This document shows, in pieces, positions 58,406-64,000 of a DNA stretch of 64,000 nt. The notes beneath the pieces are model-generated. The model was given only the letters and a program-made list of their open reading frames with translations. It was not told where the DNA came from and searched no databases. Position 1 is the first letter of the stretch; every line of letters begins with the position of its first letter. The position numbers were made by a program, and so were the translations under genes. The DNA comes from an uncultured Gemmatimonadales bacterium. GTDB lineage: Bacteria; Gemmatimonadota; Gemmatimonadetes; Longimicrobiales; RSA9. The stretch spans positions 32,001 to 96,000 of the forward strand of contig CAWAMW010000007.1 in assembly GCA_963783305.1 (NCBI GenBank), in the 5' to 3' direction.

Positions 58406-59719
58406 TCACTTCAATCGCACTCGGTCGTAGGTGTCCCAGTTGGACATGTCGGACAGGATCACGACATCGCCCTCCTGGAGGCCGCTACGCACTTCCACCT
58501 CGTTCACCGACGACTGCCCGAGCTGTACAGTGACGCGTACCGCCTCATCGCCGTCCACCAGCTTGAAGAGGCCCACCGAGCTGTTCGCGGAGCCAATGTG
58601 GGGGCGCGGCATGTGCAGCACCTCGTCCAGCCGCGCCACCTCCACCGTGCCGTCGACGCTCAGGTCCGGGCGGGCGCCGCGCGGCAGCTCCTCGACGTCG
58701 AGCGCCACGTCCACGGTCACCGAGCCGCCCTGCGCCGCCGGGTCGATCCGCGTCACGTGGCCGGGGATCACACCGCTGCGGATGTCGATGCTCGCCGGCT
58801 GACCCACGGTCACGTCCTTTGCCTGTACCTCTGGGATCCTGAGGACCGCTTTCAACCGCCCGGGCTGCACCACCTTCGCCAGCGTCGCCCCGGGCTGCAC
58901 CCACTGGCCCGGCTCGAAGTTCAGCTCCTGAACGACGCCATCGCTCCCGGCCACGACCTGCATGGAGCCGAGCCGCGCCCTCTGGAAGTCCACGATCTGC
59001 TGCAGTCGCTCCACCTGCGACTCCTGTACGGCCACCTGCCGGGTGATGTTTCGCTCCATGAGGTCCAGTCGCTGCCGCTCCAGGTCCAGCCGCTCCTCGA
59101 GTTCAGTCACCTGGTCGCTGGACTGCTGGAGCACGTTCTGAGCGATCAGGTCCTTCTCCGCCAGCTCCTGGTTCGACCGGTACGTGCGCTCCGCCTGCTG
59201 ATACTGAGAGCGGGTCTGCGCGACGATCCCCGCCTGGGTCAGACGCTGCGTCCGCAGGTTGGTCGCCACCTCCACCAGCCCCGCCTGCGCGGCCGCGAGC
59301 TGCCGCTCCGCCTCGAGAGCCTGCAGCTGCACGTCCGGATTCGACAGCTCCATGATCACGGTGCCGGCGCTCACCTCGGCCCCCGCCTCCACCAGCTTCT
59401 GCTCCACCCGGCCGGCTGTGACCGCCGAGACCCACCGGATCTGCTCCGGCACGAGCGTGCCCGGGCCGCGCACAGCCCGGATCATGGTGCCGTGCTCCAC
59501 CTGACCGGTGAAGATCACGTCCCTGTCCACACTGGGCGCGGCCGGCTCCAGCCGCGCCACGGCCACCGCCGCGAGGATCAGCAGAAGCGCCGCGGCACCG
59601 CCCAGGATCCACCGCTTGCGCGTACGCCCGCGGCTCTCACGCGGCACGTCCATCATGATCCGGTGGGTCCTGGGCTCCCCCTCGGTGGCCCGATCCGCCT
59701 TCTCTGCCGCCATGTTCAT
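58406..59719 (-). CDS. Efflux periplasmic adaptor (MFP / HlyD family)
   Basis: N-terminal TM; VRGPGTLVPEQIRW; coiled coil; GARPDLSVDG; GLQEGDVVILSD. Confidence 0.92.
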   Translation of the reverse strand: MNMAAEKADRATEGEPRTHRIMMDVPRESRGRTRKRWILGGAAALLLILAAVAVARLEPAAPSVDRDVIFTGQVEHGTMIRAVRGPGTLVPEQIRWVSAVTAGRVEQKLVEAGAEVSAGTVIMELSNPDVQLQALEAERQLAAAQAGLVEVATNLRTQRLTQAGIVAQTRSQYQQAERTYRSNQELAEKDLIAQNVLQQSSDQVTELEERLDLERQRLDLMERNITRQVAVQESQVERLQQIVDFQRARLGSMQVVAGSDGVVQELNFEPGQWVQPGATLAKVVQPGRLKAVLRIPEVQAKDVTVGQPASIDIRSGVIPGHVTRIDPAAQGGSVTVDVALDVEELPRGARPDLSVDGTVEVARLDEVLHMPRPHIGSANSSVGLFKLVDGDEAVRVTVQLGQSSVNEVEVRSGLQEGDVVILSDMSNWDTYDRVRLK

Positions 59720-61308
59720 CGAACGCTCTCATCTGGAGTACGGCTTTCGGCCCGCTCCGGCCGGAGCGGCCGTCCCACCGCCGCTTCGAGGTCGGCCAGC
59801 GCTTCGTGGAATGTATACACCGCCGCCAGGTACGACTGGTCCGCCTGCGACTTCAGCGTCGTGGCTTCCGTCAGGCTGACGAATGAGTCCAGGCCGACCC
59901 GGTACCGCTCGCGCGCCTGCTCCAGCTGGTCGGCCCCCAGCACGCGGTTCGTTCTCTCGATCTGGACCGCCTCGTAGGCCGCCTCCAACCGGAGCAGCGC
60001 CGCCCCCACATCCGCGGTAAGCCGCAGACGTTCGGCCCTCAGCCGATGCTCCGTGTCCTCGGCCGCCGCGTCCGCCTGCGCCACCTGCCGCTGCCGCGAG
60101 AACCCGGTGAAGACCGGCACCGAGACCGCCAGTGACACGGTCAGAGGCTGTTGCTGGAAGTCGAAGGGGAACGCGCGGTTGGTCATTCGCACCGTCGCCT
60201 CCAGCGAGTCCAGCCGCACGGGCGTCAGTTCGTACGTCGAACAGTCCTCCGCCGGGTATGGGTCCGCAAGGCGCGAGTTCAGGTCGTTCCACTCCTGGCA
60301 CGACTGCATCTGACTCTCGTACGCCTGCCGGCCCTGCGACAGGAGGTAGGCGTCATCCCCCACCTGCCGCGTGAAGCCGGAAAGCCCGGCCTGCGCGGTG
60401 ATGGTGGGGAGGTACGCCGACCAGGCCGTCCGTGCGGCCGCCCGCTGCGCCCGGGAGGCAGACTCCAGCGACCGCAGCGCCGGATGTGACGACAGCGCGA
60501 TCCCCAGCAGCCACTCCCTCGTCCACTGCGGCTCGAACACCTCGAGATCTGTCGTAAGACGGAGGTCCCGGTCCAGCTCCAGCCCGATCTGCTGCATCAG
60601 CCGCAGCCGCGACGCCTCATACTCGCTCCGCGCCGTCAGCGCCGCGACGCGCGCACGACCCCACTCCACCTCCGCCTGCTTCGCGTCCAGGGTGATGGCG
60701 ACACCCGCGGATGCGCGGGTCCGCGCGAGCGTCAACGTCTCTTCCGCGCTTTCCTGCTGCTGCCGCCTCAGCTCCACCTGGTCGCGCGCCCGCAGCACCG
60801 TGACGTAGGCCCGCTTCACCGCGTTCTGGAGCGTAGTTTCCACCGCCTCCACGTTTGCCCTCACCGCACGGCGGTTCGCCCGCTGCTCGGACAGCGTGAA
60901 CCACGTCTGCGGACTCAGGCTCCACCGGGCGCTCGCCGAGTAGCTCGAAAAGTAGTACGACGGCGTTTCCGTCACCCCGATGTCCGCCGCCGTGAAGCTG
61001 CCGAAGAGCGCCGAGCCCTGGTCCTCGTACCGCACTCCGCCCAGGACGCTCGCCTGCGGCATGAAGGCGCCATACGCCTCCCGCACACCCCAGTCGGCCG
61101 CCGACTCGTCGTTCCGGGTGGCCAGATACGACGGGTTGTGCCGGATCGCCAGCGCCAGCGCCTCGTCCAGCGTCAGCGCCACCGGCTTCGGACCCTCCGG
61201 TCCCTCTCGCTCCTGCGCCCACGCGCCAGCGGGCGACAGCCCGCATGCGAGCGCCGCACACACCAGCGCCGCTGGCCCCGCGCGGTGGATCCTGATCCTC
61301 GTCGACAA
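59716..61308 (-). CDS. TolC-family outer membrane efflux protein
   Basis: TTG start after GAGGAG; signal peptide; LTLDEALALAIRHNP, VPVFTGF, ARERYRVG, LEAAVGRPL. Confidence 0.88.
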   Translation of the reverse strand: MSTRIRIHRAGPAALVCAALACGLSPAGAWAQEREGPEGPKPVALTLDEALALAIRHNPSYLATRNDESAADWGVREAYGAFMPQASVLGGVRYEDQGSALFGSFTAADIGVTETPSYYFSSYSASARWSLSPQTWFTLSEQRANRRAVRANVEAVETTLQNAVKRAYVTVLRARDQVELRRQQQESAEETLTLARTRASAGVAITLDAKQAEVEWGRARVAALTARSEYEASRLRLMQQIGLELDRDLRLTTDLEVFEPQWTREWLLGIALSSHPALRSLESASRAQRAAARTAWSAYLPTITAQAGLSGFTRQVGDDAYLLSQGRQAYESQMQSCQEWNDLNSRLADPYPAEDCSTYELTPVRLDSLEATVRMTNRAFPFDFQQQPLTVSLAVSVPVFTGFSRQRQVAQADAAAEDTEHRLRAERLRLTADVGAALLRLEAAYEAVQIERTNRVLGADQLEQARERYRVGLDSFVSLTEATTLKSQADQSYLAAVYTFHEALADLEAAVGRPLRPERAESRTPDESVR

Positions 61309-61452
61309 GACGGCTCCTCTTTCCGGGACTCCGTTTCCGCCCTTGTTCAAAGGCGAGTACCGTGCCGGAGGTGAATCAACGCGTAAAGGGTTGTACCACA
61401 AGAGCATAGACATAATATACCGGACGGTGGCCGGTCGGTTTCGGGGCGGTTG

Positions 61453-61470
61453 GTGTCCGATTCCGAACAC
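61453..61470. promoter_or_regulatory. Palindromic site GTGTCCG-N4-CGAACAC upstream of the TolC gene (candidate activator site)
   Basis: Imperfect inverted repeat; GGTGTCCGATT also occurs at 56208-56218 directly upstream of the response regulator. Confidence 0.5.
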
Positions 61471-61646
61471 TTGGCGGCGCGCCGCCGGGGATGGATCCAG
61501 CACCGCGCTGTGGCGCCGGCTCCGCCGGGCGACCCCGCGGCCAGCGTCAGGACCGCCAGGCCGCCGACCGATGTCGCTCGGCACTTGCACGGGTGGAGAG
61601 GGGTAGGGTAGATAGCGAAAGGGCGAATCCAACAGCGGAGGCGATC

Positions 61647-62198
61647 ATGATGAATCGGAGAGCCAGGCGCGGAGCGTCGGTCGGGAGCGGGATCCGGGTG
61701 CGACTCGGCCGGGGGCGGGTGCTGGCGGCGTCCGGTGTGCTCGGTGTCGCAATCGTGGCGGCCGTGGGGGGTGCATGGTCCACGTCCGGCCCCTCGGCGG
61801 CGGTCGTGGCCTCCCCGCAGGACCCGGCGGAAGCGGTGATGGTGGCTGCGGGCCAGTGGGCCCTCGAGCGGGTGGCGGGCGGCGAGACGCGCCTGGACCC
61901 CCATCGTTCGGGAGCGGGGAAGGATGCGGCGCGGGTGAGCAGCGTGGCGCGGTCGCTTGGGGCGGGGCTCGGCACGCTCGATGAGCTGCGTCAGTGCACG
62001 GACCCCCTGAATTCCGCGAGCTGCCGTCTCGGCGTGGATCGCCTGCTTGCCATCTCTGCACCGCAGGTGGACGGGGATGAGGCGCGAGTGAAGGTGTACG
62101 CTTGGTTCCGCTCGAGCTCGCCGCCCGTGGCGCAGCGGAGCTGGGATCTGGTGTTGCGCCGCGAAGGCGGGAGCTGGCGGGTAGTATCGGGAGGGTGA
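61647..62198 (+). CDS. Hypothetical exported or membrane-anchored protein
   Basis: GGAGG RBS; N-terminal hydrophobic helix; Cys pair; LRREGGSWRVV C-terminus. Confidence 0.65.
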   Translation: MMNRRARRGASVGSGIRVRLGRGRVLAASGVLGVAIVAAVGGAWSTSGPSAAVVASPQDPAEAVMVAAGQWALERVAGGETRLDPHRSGAGKDAARVSSVARSLGAGLGTLDELRQCTDPLNSASCRLGVDRLLAISAPQVDGDEARVKVYAWFRSSSPPVAQRSWDLVLRREGGSWRVVSGG

Positions 62199-62293
62199 GG
62201 CGCACCGCCACACCGTGATCGCCGGATGGGAACGGGGAAGGGCGCCGACCCCGCTTCAGGCCGACGCCCCGTCCCCGTACTCGCCTGGCCCCA

Positions 62294-64000
62294 TCAGGCA
62301 GGCTGGAGCGGCATCTCCTCCGTCGGCTCCGGAGCCTCCCCAGTCTCCGCGGGCGGTACCCCCCGCAGGATCGGGAACAGCTTCACGATCACCAAGTATC
62401 CCATGATCTCCCCCGCCACCAGCCCGATCGTGACCGCCAGCTCGGGCAGCGCCGGTACGTACGACCACTCCGGCCCCGGGTTGAAGGCGAAGATATAGGT
62501 GGAGAAGCGGTAGAGCGCGCCCGCCAGGATCACCGCCGCGCCGATCCCCGCGAAGAACCGCGCCCCTGCCGTCTGCCGGAATCGGAGCAGGGCCAGCGCC
62601 GGGATCAGGAACAGCAGCATCTCCAGCTGGAAGAGCAGGCTGTAGCCGTCGAAGGCGAACGCGGCCCCGAGCTGTCCGCGGTGGTAAATGTCCACCGTCC
62701 GCAGCACCACGTACGCCAGGAGGACGTAGGCGATGGGCCGCCCGAGCGCCCGCAGCATCGGCGTCTCCTGCGGTCGGCGGAACATCTTCGCCGACAGCGT
62801 CGCCTCCAGCGCCACCGCCGCGTACCCCATCCCCACCACGCTCACCAGGAAGAGGGCAGGGAGGAGGGGTGTGTGCCAGAGCGGGTGCAGCTTGTGTCCC
62901 GCGATCAGCATCAGGCTCCCCAACGACGACTGGTGCATCGTGGGAAGCAGCAGGCCGAGCGCGATGAAGTACGGCATCGCCTTCTCCAGCTTGGGCGACA
63001 CGAACAGCGCCAGATTCCTCAGCCCGCTCGCGTCGCTCTCGCGCCACTTCTCCAGGAACGCCGGGGACAGCTCGATCCACAGCACCATCGTGTACAGCAT
63101 GATGCAGAGCGCGATCTCAAGAAGGACCGAGTTGAAGTTCCAGTTCGGGAAGAAGAAGATGATCTTGTAGAAGTTCCAGAAGCGGCCCAGGTCGATGAGG
63201 ACGCTCAATCCACCCAGCGTGTAGCCCAACGCGCTCGTGACGATGGCCGCCCGCACCAGCGGATGGTACTTCCCGCGATTCAGCAGATAGACCAGCAGCG
63301 CCACCGCGTAGCCGCCGCACGCCAGCGCTGTCCCCGTCACCACGTCGAAGGCGATCCAGATCCCCATGGGATAGCCGTCGCTCAGGTTGGTCGCGGCCCC
63401 GAGCCCCGCGGTGAACCGCAGCCCGACCGACACCAGGCCGCCCATCGCCAGGACGAACAGGGCAGCAAACGGCCACGTGAACAGCACGCCGCCCACAGGC
63501 TCCGAGTGCTCCACCGCGTGATGCGCCGCCTCCTCCTCGTGCAGCTTCTTCGCGTTGCGGTTCACCACCGCGGCGAAAACGCCGAACAGCGCCAGCGGGG
63601 CGATGAAGCCCTTGTAGAGCGTATGCTGGATGTTCTCCGTCAGAGAGGGCGCCGCCGTTTCGCCCAGATCCGGCAGGCCCATCGCCTCGAACGGCAGCCC
63701 CGCCTGCGTCAGATACAGCATCTGCGTCCCGCCAATGTCGTGCTCGCCGTACACCTTGGGGTTGTAGCGCTCCGGGGCGCGACGGATCCGACGGTGCGCC
63801 TCCGCCAGAATCTCCTCCCGTGTGCCGTACGTGAGCGCGCCCTCCGGACACGCCTCCACGCACGCCGGCTGCAGCCCCGCGGCGCGCCGCTCCGGGCACA
63901 ACTCGCACTTGTGCAGCTCCGGCGCGGGCGTGTCCCATTCGAAACGAGGCACGTTGAACGGGCAGGCGATCTCGCAGTACCGGCACCCCACGCACAGGTC
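62294..64000 (-). CDS. Fused HybA-like 4Fe-4S ferredoxin + HybB-like (NrfD-family) membrane subunit; 5' end outside the window
   Basis: CVGCRYCEIACPF, KCELC...PACVEACP, ENIQHTLYKGFIAP (HybA); then GLGAATNLSDGYPMGIWIAFDVVTGTALACGGY, IDLGRFWN, LPTMHQSSLGSL (HybB) with no intervening stop. Confidence 0.88.
   Translation of the reverse strand, partial: DLCVGCRYCEIACPFNVPRFEWDTPAPELHKCELCPERRAAGLQPACVEACPEGALTYGTREEILAEAHRRIRRAPERYNPKVYGEHDIGGTQMLYLTQAGLPFEAMGLPDLGETAAPSLTENIQHTLYKGFIAPLALFGVFAAVVNRNAKKLHEEEAAHHAVEHSEPVGGVLFTWPFAALFVLAMGGLVSVGLRFTAGLGAATNLSDGYPMGIWIAFDVVTGTALACGGYAVALLVYLLNRGKYHPLVRAAIVTSALGYTLGGLSVLIDLGRFWNFYKIIFFFPNWNFNSVLLEIALCIMLYTMVLWIELSPAFLEKWRESDASGLRNLALFVSPKLEKAMPYFIALGLLLPTMHQSSLGSLMLIAGHKLHPLWHTPLLPALFLVSVVGMGYAAVALEATLSAKMFRRPQETPMLRALGRPIAYVLLAYVVLRTVDIYHRGQLGAAFAFDGYSLLFQLEMLLFLIPALALLRFRQTAGARFFAGIGAAVILAGALYRFSTYIFAFNPGPEWSYVPALPELAVTIGLVAGEIMGYLVIVKLFPILRGVPPAETGEAPEPTEEMPLQPA

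Overview
A GC-rich (about 70% by eye), densely coding bacterial chromosome segment. The gene inventory (many secreted peptidases and hydrolases, a PEP-CTERM protein, a permease-less TolC/MFP/ABC module, sahR-ahcY) suggests a diderm heterotroph such as Gemmatimonadota; this is inference only. Main content: secreted hydrolases; an MltA-metallophosphoesterase fusion; tRNA-Ser(TGA) preceded by a ~150-nt structured-RNA candidate; a vanadium haloperoxidase-like gene divergent from an HxlR regulator; an L,D-transpeptidase / PEP-CTERM / beta-barrel gene string; an NSAR/OSBS (MenC-like) - M20 - GNAT operon next to a D-aminoacylase/serine-hydrolase fusion; a classical menaquinone operon (DAHP synthase, menG, F, D, H, B, A, E plus a convergent thioesterase) that lacks menC; pepD; an orphan sensor kinase; sahR-ahcY; stress and envelope genes; a TolC-MFP-2xABC ATPase module with a two-component system; and a fused HybA-HybB gene cut by the window end. 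The best candidate for an undescribed system is the overlapping three-gene operon at 36250-38868. It encodes a signal-less class A beta-lactamase-fold serine hydrolase, an M15A Zn peptidase and a PafA/Dop-like carboxylate-amine ligase, with no Pup/UBact or proteasome genes in the window. A dispersed ~170-bp palindromic intergenic repeat occurs twice. I saw no CRISPR array, integrase or transposase. All family calls come from motif recognition by eye, not database searches.
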